Below, one piece after another: positions 29,742 through 43,220 of a stretch of DNA of 64,000 bases. The translations under genes were made by a program, and so were the position numbers. The first letter of the stretch is position 1. Each line of letters starts with the position of its first letter. Source of the stretch: Paramecium tetraurelia (taxonomy: Eukaryota). The DNA lies in assembly GCA_000165425.1 (NCBI GenBank), contig CT868022.1:186001-250000 (forward strand), read 5' to 3'. The notes under the pieces were generated by a model. It saw only the letters and a program-made list of their open reading frames with translations. It searched no databases and was not told the origin of the DNA.

Positions 29742-32693
29742 TCAAAAGTTTTATTTTTATTATTTTTTGGAAAAGTTCCCTTAGATTTCAAAATAACCTC
29801 TAAAATAATGCATAATAATAAAATATATACCTGATTAGACTTGTTTCAGGATATAGCTAAGTCACATTTTCTATTGGCAACTGTTCAGATCTAACTACTA
29901 TGGATAGATAATTCCCTGGTGTAAGGTGATCTATCTTACGAGATACACACTTATCTAAATTAACATAAAGATTATCATTACAATTCGAATCATCCAAAAT
30001 CATTTAGTCCAATTTGCTAATGTCTTTTTCTTGTTTGATTTGGAATTTCCCCAAATCTATTTAAAGCTCAGACAATTTGACTCCTGCTTAAAATATCTGG
30101 AGATACTCCTTCTCAGTGTATTTCATCTCCAAAAGATCGTTGACTAACTTACTGTAAAACTTCCTGATGTTAGAATATATGCATAACTTCCAACTATTCT
30201 ATTTTAATTGAATTATCTGCTAATTCTTGTACTTCTACTTCTTCTTATTACTGTAAGCATCCACCAACTCCTAGCCTATCCTTCGAAGCTACTCCACTGC
30301 ATCCTCATGTAATTCTCTGTTGTTCTCAATCTCCACATAATAAAATGTGTTGGAGAGGTATTTCCCAAATTTGATCAACTTGTTACACTCTAGCTCCTGA
30401 TACTTTTCTCCTAAGAAGTTTAATTGCTATTATGACAACACAATTATTATCTTATTTCTGATGCACACCTCCGATAGAGCCATAGATTCATCCAACTCCT
30501 TCAGACGACTATTGATTAACTTAGTGACCCTCTGCTGTATGTTTGTATCAAAATAGAGATAATTATACAATTCCATAGCCAAATAACGACCCCTATCACT
30601 GACTTGCAATTCTTCATATTGCTATTTAGTAATTAATCCAGTCTATTAGAATGTGGTTTGTTTTGATTCTATTTGATAAGAATCCTTTAATTGATTTCTA
30701 AAATCCTCAGAATTTCTATTCAATTGCATCACAACATAAATTGTCCCTGCAAAAAATTAATCACAAATAGTAGATACTTATTGATAATTCAGTTTAGTAT
30801 TGATTGTTACTGAATCATCACATACAATCAACTCTAATTAATTGACTTAAATATCTTAGCTCTACAAATAACTTCTTAAACTTGATTCCCAATCTTTTAA
30901 ATGCAATACCGTCGACTCCTTCACTCTGTAAACAATTGACTTCCTATCAATCCCCAACTATAACACTTGCCGAATAAATTGCTGAGAAATATGATGAATT
31001 GAAATCAATTAGATGAACTTCTCCTCTTCGATGACTTTCTTATGTTTGTGTTTATTTCTATTCTGTTATGATGAGATTTCGTGACAAAACTCCTGCAACT
31101 CATTTATGTCACTGATTTCACTACTATCAAGACTATCGTAATTCCTTCTGAAAGATTCCATTGAATTGATTGTTCCATCGTTTTGATATCCTGATTAATT
31201 TAGTTATTACTAATCATTCATTTAAATTCTGCAAGGCTACTCAATATTTTCCTTGGATGCCCTCGACTTTTGATCACTCGAAAAACTGCTTTGATGTTGG
31301 CCCTACAAGGCATTTTTCAAAGCTTCTATTGATTTTAAGTCTAAATGAATACTTGAATTAAGTTTGTTTTCACAGTATTTAGAGGTTAAATCTGGAAGCG
31401 CTGATTTGCCTCTCCATTCCTAAGGAAATAATTACGATGAGGCAAAGTCCTTCTCTTTTTGTTATTAAGGCATGATGCCAGACTTACCGTATTGGGAATA
31501 TAGCAAGGTAGATTTGCAACTTTGAAACGATTATGATAATTAAGACATCTCCAATTGCTTGTTTTTCATTACTTGATTAAATTTTAACCTTAAGTCAATA
31601 AGATCTTTAATTATTTTGAAAGCCTAAGTGTTGTCTCTTTACTTAGAAAAAAACAAACATTATTTAAATCCTAGACTAAACACATAGTTTTGAATTTTAG
31701 TGTCAAACCTTCGGTCAATCTCCTTCACTAGGGATAGTATAGAATTGAGTTTATACAATCGAACTGTCCGATTGCACTTTTTCTTCAATATTCCTTCCAA
31801 ATCATCAATGAACTTGTCAATATTTTCACATAAATCAAATAATTCCATGTTAAACAATTCCAACTATTGTTAATTCAAAAAATCGCTTATGTTTTGTTAA
31901 GCCTATTGGCAATAGAGTAGATTGGATGAATATATCTTGAATTGAATTTTCCATCCATCATCAACCAATTTAATTAGGATTTTATTTTGTAATTAGAATT
32001 ACTCGACATCATTCTCTGAATAGAAATGAATAAAATCAATATAAGTCATGGCAATTTACTGGAGGGGATCCGCATCATTAAAATACTCTCGATTAATCGT
32101 TGGTCTCAATTCATGTTTGGGAGTAAAATTAATCGATTGATTATACTCAGTGATCCAGCTCTGAAATAATAGCGTAATTTTTTATTCCTTCCTCTTAGGG
32201 ATCCAGGCGACCACAAAGGACTCATACTGTTCCAGATCGAAATCCTTCAGGTATCCAGTTTACTCCTGCAATTGTCGCTATTCCTTAATCAACTTGTCTT
32301 TCACAAACAAGCAGGTTCCCCTGTATTTGGTATAGAGTTCTTTGTAGTTTTTAGAGTAGAATATAGATGTGTAGGGTTTGTAGGAGACGTGAGTTCGGCG
32401 ATCCTTCATCACGTAGATCATTTTGAATTCCTAGTAAGCTATGTATTCTATTTTGAATTGAGCAACACGCAATTATTCCTCATCGTTGCCTAAGCCATAT
32501 CGATATTTGGAATACCTGCCAAATATATTTCAGTGGGTTCAAAAATGAGATGGGTGTTGGTGTTTTGAAGTATTCCTGTGAGGATGTTGACGAAGTTCAT
32601 CCAGATGAATGTTTCTGTGGACAAGTTGAGCTATTTCTTGTGCAAGATCATGCGATTTGCGTAGGCTCCATTATGGTTATTTTTATGAAACAT
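29742..32693 (-). CDS. Large alpha-helical hypothetical protein
   Basis: MFHKNNHNGAYANRM start, 26-nt intron at about 32490-32515, long code-6 ORFs, terminal 31-nt intron then TGA; internal introns unresolved. Confidence 0.6.
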
Positions 32694-32794
32694 TAATGTA
32701 GTAAGTGTGTGTTGAGGTTGATTTGCACAAAAATGTGAACAAATAATTTGGGATGGTTTTATTTAGGTGTTTAATATAATAATTATTATAATAT

Positions 32795-33832
32795 TCAATC
32801 AAATTGAGGACGATCTTCTATTTTACCATCTACAACTAAGGTAATTGAATAAGTTACTCATATCTTCACATTTCATTTCCATTTGCATATCAGCGACGAC
32901 TGGCATTTGGAATGGGAAACCAACACGAAATTGTGGGGGTATTTGCAATGCTCCATATTGAATCATCTGATTTAGAGGATGATATTGAAAGTAGTATGGC
33001 TGAGGGAAGTATGTCTGAGGAGGAGGAGGAGGTGGAGGGGGTTATTGTTGTCGCACTGGCATCAATACTTCTCTCATTTGTGGCTGGGTTTTTATTCGCT
33101 TTGCTGCCTGAGGTTCAAGGGGTTTCCTCCCTCTCTTTTTTGGTTCTCCTTGTTCCACTTGGACTTTGGGCTTGGGACCTCTCTTTTTAGGCATCACTGC
33201 CTTTGGAGTGTAGGTACTGGAGTCGTTTTAAATTTTATTTTCGTCTCTTGATTTATAATCTTCGTCAATTATTTTTAGAATCACATGAACAAAGTCATGT
33301 CTGTTAAAGCAATTAATGTGATCTGAAGATTTTATGTGCTATGTTTTAGAGATAACAATATTACTTCCAAGTAATCAGCATAAGGTTTACGACACACTCC
33401 ACAATACCTATGCTTGCGACCTGGTTTCGGAATTTACTAAACTTTACTATATATATTACCAACTTAGTCTTCTTCATAGTGTATTCTTGTATCTTTCTTT
33501 GATGATCCTCCTTGTATTTTTGCATGCTCCTCAAGTAGTCATTCTAATTGAAATAACATACAACCAATTCTTACTCTGTCTACTTCTAAAATGAAACCAG
33601 GCAAGCATTATTGTTCATCTTAATTAAAGACTGGAACGATATTTTGGAAACAGGCCAGCTAAACATTATATTATATATCTGTTACAGCATCGTTGTACAA
33701 GGGACAGAAATCAATGTTAGTTGATTACTTTAACCAACACTTTAAACTTTTCGGATGGAGATTGAACTAATGCTCTGGGCATCTTGGTTGACACTTGCGT
33801 TTCCCCTATCCTGAAATTTTCTCTCCAGCCAT
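32795..33832 (-). CDS. DBF4-type zinc-finger protein with AT-hook motifs and poly-Pro tail
   Basis: RYCGVCRKPYADYLE|HIKSSDH; KKRGPKP and KKRGRKP; PPPPPPPPQTYFPQPYY; several tiny introns. Confidence 0.7.
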
Positions 33833-33949
33833 TTAAATTAATTATATTATATTTGGATACGATTTTTCCCTTTTTTTCTTAATCATTAACCCTTTGCGTA
33901 TCATTAATTTGTGTCATTCGATTCAGTTTAGCATCATCTCATATAAGAA

Positions 33950-35290
33950 CTCGCTTTAAATATTTGAATTTTAATAATATTGTAATATTTTGATCAAGTA
34001 AGTACAAATTCAACCATTTCAAAGTCGAAGGCTGTTAAAACTAACTGATCCTTCCAGCAACTAAAACTACATAAATCAAAAATCAATCTGTCCAATAAAA
34101 ATAGGAATTTGATCAATGATTTGAAAAGAACATTGAGAAATTCACAATCTTCAAAGCAGATTGGGACTGTCTCATTGTTTTAGATTCAAAAACTAGCATG
34201 CTGATTAAAATTCTTGATCAATTAGCAGAGGGAGTGAGTTTGGCAGTCGATCTTCATGAAAGGGATACAATTCAGTATTCTTTGATTCATTAAGAAATTG
34301 GGAGTTATTTCTGCCCAGAATTGAATATGACATGTAAATGAGTACTCATGACTCTTATATGAAGTTAAACATAAAGAATACAAAAGGTCAGTATGGTTAA
34401 AGGAATCCTTTATTGAAAAGAGTAATCTGGTATATGATGAGCACAATAAGTTCTGAAATCAATAATTAACATTAAGAAGTTCGAAGGAGCCTTCTATATT
34501 TCAGAGAGTTTGTTGTAGTTTATTAATTGTAAAATTGGGTATGATTAGAATAATGGATTGTCAAATTCATTGAAAACAATTGTAGCAATATACAGATTAA
34601 GATACAAAACGATTTACCTATGGAAAAACAGTATTTCAGGAAATTTGAAAGCCAATCAATATGAGAGATCTTATTGATGAATTTATCAAATGAACGTACA
34701 TCAAAGAAGCAAATAATTTTATTCTTTAGTTTTATCCATGGAAAATTATTATAGGAAATAGAATATCTGAATATTCAATAGATTGCACAGAGTAAGCACA
34801 TGAGAGTAATTCAATAGAATTACAGAATGATCATGTATTTTAAAAAAATGAATGACCTTATTATCATGAATGTGGATTTAGTTGATAAATATAATTTAAG
34901 ATTTACTAAACTATCATCGTTTAATTTTAAATGCTGAATTTCAAATCAAATAGTAAATACTTACTTGATTGTCATTGATAGGTAATTTTAAAGCCAAGCA
35001 ATAGGCAGCAACTTTGAAAACATTAATTTATTTTTATTATTTAAGTTTCACATCTCTAGTGCATTATTAACCCTATTCAATTAAACTTATCAGCATTAAA
35101 CAAAGGAACCAATATTTTGGAAATCATTTATTGACTACATTCAAATGATAATAGAATCTGGAGTTTCTCAATCATATGATAAATCAATTCACCATAATTA
35201 CAGATGGCAAGCAAAATCAAATCATAGACAATTTTATCTACCCAAAAGCGAGGTGTTAATGTTTTCAGATAAACTGAATTTAATCAAAAC
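33950..35290 (+). pseudogene. Degenerate gene remnant (fragments resembling MORN-like G-Y/G-W repeats)
   Basis: Coding-like purine bias and fragments such as KGQYGQ and GYDQNNG, but frequent TGA stops. Confidence 0.35.
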
Positions 35291-35329
35291 TAAATAATAT
35301 ATTATGATATAACGATAATTAAATTTAAA

Positions 35330-36876
35330 ATGTATTCCCTTTAGAAATTGGTGCCTAATAATAAAACTCAAATCTAACCTGGAGCATTCTCAAAACATCA
35401 GAACTTAAATAAGAGTGTTGATGGCATACTGCCTGTTAATTAAAAATCAGCATCATAACTTTAAACTCAGATCTCAAATGCTAACAAAAAAGAATCGAAG
35501 AGATAGTTAAATAAAAAATAAGAACTATTGTAAATACTAGAAAATGCATAACTTAATTAAGGATAAACCAAATCTGTATCACCAAACACAACACCACAAA
35601 AATAAAAAAGTACCAGAAAATTGAATTTTAATCTTATTACAGAATAAGATGCACACTTTCTTAATTCTAGCAATGCCATGGCCAACATGATTATTGAGAA
35701 TATACTTAATAAAGATGATTATTATGACAAAATTCGTTAAGAAAATCAGGATTTGAAAGAGTTATCCATTTAATTGCAATTAAGTCTGAATGAATAGAAA
35801 AAGAAGTAATAAATATTGGAGTAAACTAATAAAGATCTCAATCAAAATCTACAACAAGAACGTCAACTCTATCAGAATCAATTAATCAACATAAATGATC
35901 AAATTTAATAGATGAAATCAATGAAATTTACTCTTCAGAATGAACAAAAGAAAACTGAATCCCTAACTAAGCAGTTGTAGGATTAAATTGCAATCAACAA
36001 TGGCTTAAAATCATTTATTTGTGATAATTGTTTAATCTGCATAGAGTTCCTATCCTTTTTTTAGAAAATTGTGGAACACTTCCAACCCTAATTGATATTT
36101 GCTTATGAATCTCTTATCTAGTTATCGAAACATTCAACGGCCTTTATTTTGGATTTCATTTCCAAAACATAAAATCTCAATTTGCCTGCCTTAAGGAATT
36201 GTTTATTACCTGAAGAATTTGATGTGAATGGATTCTTCATGGCTGTTGAATCTCTAAAGTTTAATTAATCCTCAGAATCATCCTTTAGAAATAAAAGCCA
36301 TAATGCTTCAAAACATTAGATTTTAACAACAAATAACTCATCCCCTCCTCATGAATCTCCAAAACCATTGAGAAATGTATCATTGCAAGAACAATTTAAC
36401 TAATTTCTTAACACTAGTGACCCTTAAATAGGTAGCCCTTATTTTACTGGTTTAGAAATAACAGATAAATAAGGAATTTTAAATAAAGACATGAATTAAT
36501 TGCCTTTACAATTAAATGCAGCTAAGAGAGCCACTTAAGAGACTAGTGAAAATTCATTTTATTTTCAATCATTTAAATAAACCAATGAGGATGAAACCAC
36601 TCAGTTGGATTAGCAAGTATTAAGAGATTAAGGCAAATAAACAAAAAGAAATAAGGAGAACTAGCAATCTTATTGTTAATATGTGATTGCAAAGTATGAT
36701 TACAAAGCACAAAAAGTAAAGTTATTTAGTGATATTGGTAGGATATAGATTTAAGCTTTAAGAAAGGGGATCAAATCAAATTGTTAAAGAAAACAACTAA
36801 TGGATGGTGGTATGGAGAAGATAAGAATTAACTCAAAGGATACTTTCCTCATAATTTTGTTTAAGCAATAGGATGA
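35330..36876 (+). CDS. Coiled-coil protein with C-terminal SH3 domain
   Basis: YVIAKYDYKAQK|DIDLSFKKGDQIKLLKKTTNGWWYG...GYFPHNFV; intron 36716-36741. Confidence 0.88.
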
Positions 36877-37263
36877 TTGTAATTTAATAATTTTGATCTT
36901 TTTATCTAAAAACATCTTCATTAACAATAATATGCATGTCTTTTTAAATTGATAATTTATTACCATATTTGTTTCTTACTTGCATTAATCTAGAGTTGTG
37001 GTATATAATAGCATATTTTCAGGGTTACATCAAAATAATTATAGACTCAGAGAAGATTTTAGATAAAGATTGAGAATTCTTTCTTTTGTAATCTAATATT
37101 AAATCTAGTGATGCATGCTCGACTGAAATCTTTAGAGGAAAGAACTATTTGAATTTCAATCTCCAAATTAACATTGAGGGTTGCAACTACTTTCTAACTT
37201 TTTACAAAAATCCCTTATTAACATTGCCTAAAACTTATATATAAATAAGTATAATAAATTATA

Positions 37264-38481
37264 ATGAACAATCTCATTCTATTTGTAATGAGCTTTGCAA
37301 TTGTGTATAGCCTTGAATTTCCATCATTCTATCATCGTTCTACAGTATTATTCAATTCAAACATCCAATTTAGGATATTTATATCGAAATTGCTTAGGCA
37401 ATTGAAAAGTGTGAAGGAGTAGAGATGGAAATGGTTAGAGATTTTCCTAAATTGTCGATGGTCACTCTAAATAAGAATTAGAATAAACCAAATAAAGGCT
37501 TTGTACTTTTTGGAGAGCATGCAAGAGAATTAATTTCTCCAGAAACGGGTTTGCATTTTGTTAAGAAACTCTGCAGTCAAAATGAGGAAATGAAATCAGT
37601 CAAGGATAATTATGAATTAAGAATGATGGTCAATGTAAATCCATTATCCAGAGAGAAAGTGGAATCTGGAGATTTTTGTAAAAGAGAGAATGAGAATGGA
37701 GTTGATTTGAATCGTAATTACAAATCTCATTGGACTAAAGTATATTACACTAATTACTCAGGATCATGATCCAGAAATGGTAAGAACTGCCCCTGGACCA
37801 TTTGCATTTTCTGAAGCTGAAACCTAAACAGTGAGAGATGAACTCAAGAAATTCTCTCCACACGTCTTCTTCTCCATCCACTCTGGAACCTTGGCACTTT
37901 TTACTCCCTATGCTTATAGCAAAGAATAACGTAAACATCAATTCTAAACTTTAGCAACTGAAAACATTTCCAGTATGATGGAAATTCTTACAGAAGTTAG
38001 AGAGAAACACTGTGAAACTTGTAAAATGGGATCTTGTGGCCATGAAATTGGTTATCTATCTCCCGGGACCTCAATGGATTACGCTTATGATGATTTGAAA
38101 GTAAATTATTTTTAGTATCAATTTTAGATACCTTATTCATTTACATTTGAAATTTATCATGGAGGTTTAGATGTTAGAACTAAAAAGCATGCCACTAAAT
38201 TTTTAGAAGTCCAAACTTCTCACAACAAACACAGAATCACTGATGAAGAAAAATTAGATTAATTGCTAAGAGATCATTCCTGTTTTGCCACAACCTCAAC
38301 GTAATTCTCTCTTTATTGATATATTAGCAAGGAAATGCCACCTGATGAATGTTTCAAATATTTTAATCCTGAAGAGAAGGATTAATACGACTTCTATGTT
38401 GAAAATTGGACTTAAGCTATAACATTATCATTAAACAGAGTAGCTGAATAAAGACAAGCATAGCAATAATAATAATAATGA
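37264..38481 (+). CDS. Secreted zinc carboxypeptidase (M14)
   Basis: Signal peptide, GEHARE, DLNRNY, LSIHSG, SFTFEI; multiple tiny introns. Confidence 0.9.
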
Positions 38482-39104
38482 TACATTTAAATCAATTCAT
38501 ATCAATGTTTTTCCCTTTTTATCTCTAATAATGTCAAAATAGATAAAGTAAATCTGAAGTATACTATCTTAGGAAATTGAAAAAATATTATTGTGTTGTA
38601 GTACATTTAGATATACAACTCTCTCAACTTTCTTGAGGCATTTATATGAGCAATATCCATTGATAAAGTCTTAGAATCTTTTGCAATCTATGTATTTGAG
38701 AATCAAATGAATTTATCTTTATAAAGACTCATAAATCTAAATTTTCTGAATTCTACTAAGTTCAATATATCAAATTATCTTCATATCTAATATCCATTCA
38801 GTAGTCTATGTTTCATGAATTAGCCGTTAAAATGAAATTATATAATCTAAGTTATTAAAGCAGGAGATCTAATATGCAAATAGTGTATCTAAAACAACAT
38901 GATAAAAATATTCTACTTTGAATGAGATACCTTATCCAAAATTTGATTCCATAAACAATTATTTTTTATTATGCAAAAATGATCATTGTACATAAATACA
39001 TAAAAGATTTCACCAATAACCATCATTAAATTAAAAGTATGATATAAAATAAGAGTGATTTTATATGATATATCTATATATATTACGATATTTTGATATT
39101 CATT

Positions 39105-40863
39105 TCACATTTTATGCCATCCTTTAAGATCGTCTTCATCAGAATCAAGCTCTTTCTAGGAATTTAATATTCAGAGAAATACCTTTTTAGAAGTCTCCTG
39201 CTAGTTTTAGATATTTATTTATCTCTACAATATGTCATTCTATATTTCTTCCTGTTATTCAATCTTTTTGTCTCTCCATTCCTTGGGTAATTACCAAAAC
39301 TAAAAAATGAATAAAGCTTAATACTTTCAAAGATTTTTCCTTTCCACTGGTTACTAACATGTGTTTGTCTTCATACCATTAGAGTTTGGTGATATCTGTA
39401 TTATGAGCCTTAATTACAACTAAGAATGTTATAGCTAAAATGTACATATTGGTGCAGCCTTTTTCGCACTCCAGACGGTTACTGTACCATCTTTATTTCC
39501 TACCAGACATTCTCCTCTGGAAGGTGACCACACGATTTCTCTCATTTGCAATTTGCCTTTCAAACTTGCAGTTTGTTTTGTAAACTTCTCTCTTCCAGAT
39601 TTACCAACTTCAAAGATACCAATTTCTCCTTGATCGAATCCAGCTGTGAACAAGTAGTTCTTGACAGGATCGAAAAAGATGCCTCTTATAGGGGAGAGTG
39701 TTTAAGATGCTACTGAGGCAGCCAAAGATGGACCCATGGTTGCAGAGGTGATTTCAAAGACATGAACATAGCCTCCTTTATCTGAAACAAATATTCTTCT
39801 GTTGTCTTTATCAGCTGCTAAACCAGTCAAGGGATGTTAACTTGGTTAGAGCTCTGCGACTGTGATTTATCTTTAAAAGTCAAGTACTTTGTATTTCTTA
39901 TCTTCTGATACAGAATGAATATGTGAATTTATGGAATCATAAAAAACACCCATCACTCTACCCTAATGTGCCTTGATATCTGCTTGCTAAGGTTGATAAA
40001 TGATTGAGGTACTTCATCGTATCTGATAAATTGACTTTCTTGAGGGACTTTGAGCAAATTCAATTTTCCCTCATCCAATCCAACGATTAGAGTTGACGTC
40101 ACTGCATCCCAATACAAACATATTGCTTATGATGGATAGGTTTTATTCCACATTCTCTCATACTTGAATTCGTTCTCGTCATTAGTTTTGACCCAACATT
40201 CTAAACATCCAACAGCCAATAGAGTTGGAGGGGCTTCCTTTTCCCAAGGCATTTTCATATTGGTCAAATAAGCATCCACTCTGCTGGCTACATTCATATC
40301 AGATGATAAGACAAATATGACATCTAGAAAATTGTTAATTGATATTTTTACTCTACGATCTCTCTATATAGAAATCCCTTAATCCGTGAATGAAACCTGT
40401 AATTTCTCCCAACATCTTGGGTGGATTGACCACTTGTTCTTGAGCATGCTTCTCCAACTATAAAAATTGTTTCATCGACTCAGAATTGAAGACATCTGAT
40501 CGTTTTAATAATTCCTACTCTTATACATATCTTTTTACCTTAATGTAATAATCCAGTCCCACTCTTCGCTTCTCGATATCGACATGTTCCTTCAACTTAA
40601 ACAATGTTTTCCCTGGCAATGGAGGCAAATTCGTGAACACCTAGAATGAAACAATAATTATGCATACCTTCTTTAAGTTAGTATTCAGATCGTCAAATTC
40701 GGAGTACCTCTTTTCCAATGACCATTACTATCCATCCCTCTTGGACACCGACAAGATGAATAGAATGACATTACTGTCTATTTTGCTCATTTGATACTCC
40801 TTCACCTCAGCCTAACATTATTGAATTTATATCAACCTTTAGAGCCACTGCAAATTAATCCAT
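39105..40863 (-). CDS. PX domain plus WD40-repeat protein
   Basis: WSLEKRYSEFDDL..LPPLPGKT PX signature followed by WD repeats; ends DSDEDDLKGWHKM*. Confidence 0.85.
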
Positions 40864-40876
40864 TAATTAATATATT

Positions 40877-41548
40877 ATGTATAACAAACATCTACTTTCT
40901 ACCAAGAACCTGGACGGCCCAAAATTAGATACAACTCAAGTTCGTCGTAAAAGCTGCGTTTGTGATCAATGCGGAGAGACTGCACTCAAGGAGAATCAAT
41001 TACCTAATCAATTATGCGAAATAGCCTATCACAAGAAGGAAAGATTGGCTGATGTTTTTCTAAGCAAATTGGATGGAGCTCGGAAGTATATGAGAAATGA
41101 TCATAAAAAAAAGAATTTCAGAATCTACGCAAGAAATCCCCTATTCATTTTACGATCCAAACCAGACCTCGACGAAAGCATGCACTTACAAACTTCACCC
41201 ACCAAAACCATTTCACCCGAATAGTAAAGAATCAAAACTGAACAACCCCAAATCGTCCATTCTCGCAGTCATAAATATGTCCCTACTTCGAATTGCTTCC
41301 TCCAAAACATCAAATAATAGGTCTTGCGTCAAGAAAAAACCATCAACAGACTGCTCAAGGATCGCAAAGCCATCCAATCCGTTTAATTCTCCCCTTGCGA
41401 AATTATACCCACTGCCAAGTCTCCTTAGAAAAACAAAAAAATCTACATGAAACAACTCAAACCCCTACCCAAATAAAAACAACTGCAAACCAAGTTTAAT
41501 TGTCTCATAAGAGAGTTCTTCAACTCCTCCAAATCAAAACAATACTGA
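40877..41548 (+). CDS. Hypothetical basic protein, 223 aa
   Basis: Uninterrupted code-6 ORF with RRKSCVCDQCG motif. Confidence 0.7.
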
Positions 41549-41589
41549 TTATTGATTATATAATTTTGTGTTTATAACTTAATAAATCA

Positions 41590-43074
41590 ATGCAAGAAAC
41601 CGAGAAATCCGAAAAAGATATGATAGGTTCTCTGCTAGACGGTAACAAATCTCTCATCTAATTAGAGGACGAATCAAAATGTTCAGAATTCAGATCTTCC
41701 ATCACCAAATCCCAACAACATTCTCAATCTCAATCTGTAAAACATTCTCTCTCTATCCATCTAGCCCATCAAAAGCTTTAAAGACCTCAAAGAAGCCAAA
41801 GAAATCCCACTCCTCCTTGATGATGCAGAGTATTATCATCCATATTAAACCAGTTAATAAGAATTTCCTTCCAATGACCCAAACAACTTTTATTTTACTG
41901 TCTAATCCGCTTTTATTCAACAGCGACAACACTCAATGAGTCATGAGTTCCATCAATACATGGTCCCTCAACCTCCACTCTATTACCCTTGCTAAGACGG
42001 ATTCTTCTCCTAAAAGCGAACCAAGAAATTGCAATCCTCCACAGATTCAGAATAAACCATTGTAATTTTCTAATTCTTATTAGAGTCACAACAATGCCAA
42101 GATCAATATGCATCTCTCAATATCCAATAGTCCTTTATCCAAGGAAACGATTTTTAGAAAGATAAAATATTTAAAGCCTTAGTCGATGATTTGCCACTCC
42201 TCTCTAAACACAAATTTGGGAATTATGTCATTCAAAAAATAATCGAAAACTCCAATCAGAACATCAGAACCCTCATCTTTGAATAGCTACATCCTTTCAT
42301 CATAGAGATGTGCTATGATAAATTTGGATGCAGAGTCATCTAAAGATTACTAGAATTCATTTAAAATCACCAAAAAATACAATTAATCTAATCAATCAAG
42401 AGCCAAGTATTGAACCTAATATTTGATCAATGTGGGAATCATGTAATCTAAAAGATCATCGACTTGGCATCTGACGCAGAGTTTATAATTGACATTGTGA
42501 CAAACAATGTTGATCACATTGTCTCTCATTCCTATGGCTGCCGAATTGCCTAGAAATGTCTAGAAATATTTCCTAATCAAAAATTGCAGCAACTCTATGT
42601 TTCCCTGATTCCTCTGTGTGAGAGGCTCTCGTTCTGTCAATACGGAAATTATATAGTGCAGCATATGATCAATTAAGGACCGCCAAAAGGATTGGAAGTC
42701 ATTGGGAAGTACATCAAAGCAAGAATCGTGGAAGTGAGCTAAGATAAATATGCCAGGTATTTTTGTAGATTGATAATCAAGCATTGTAGCTTAAAAATAC
42801 ATAACAGTGGCATCTGATGATGATATTGCAAGTATTTGCAAAGTCCTCATTAATGATTGCTATCCTCCAATGTTACTAATTTTAATTAACAATTAATTTG
42901 GAAATTATGTGATGCAAAATTTCTATTAAAAATGCAATGACAAATAGAAATAATCAATTTAGATCTAAATTAATAAATTTGAGGATCATCAATTCACTCA
43001 ATTTGGTATGTCTCAAATATCTTATTCTAGGTCGACATTTCTTATAATTTTTGGCCAGATGCCATGCTTGTTGA
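41590..43074 (+). CDS. Pumilio/PUF RNA-binding protein (8 repeats)
   Basis: Repeat cores SLNIQ, NYVIQ, CRVIQ, NHVIQ, CRIAQ, NYIVQ, SIVAQ, NYVMQ; tiny introns. Confidence 0.9.
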
Positions 43075-43220
43075 TTGTTTTATCTATATTTTTAATTATC
43101 GTTAATATTTTATGGATATCTGCAGTAGTATAATAAATTATCACTAATTTTTCAATCTGAAAAAAATTTATTCAAATATGAATTACAATAATTCTAGAAT
43201 TTATAATAAATAATTTATTT

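Noticed and set aside
32515..32780. Frame with two nearby TGAs suggesting selenocysteine or readthrough
   Set aside because: A canonical 26-nt intron joins a different, stop-free frame starting at ATG 32693.
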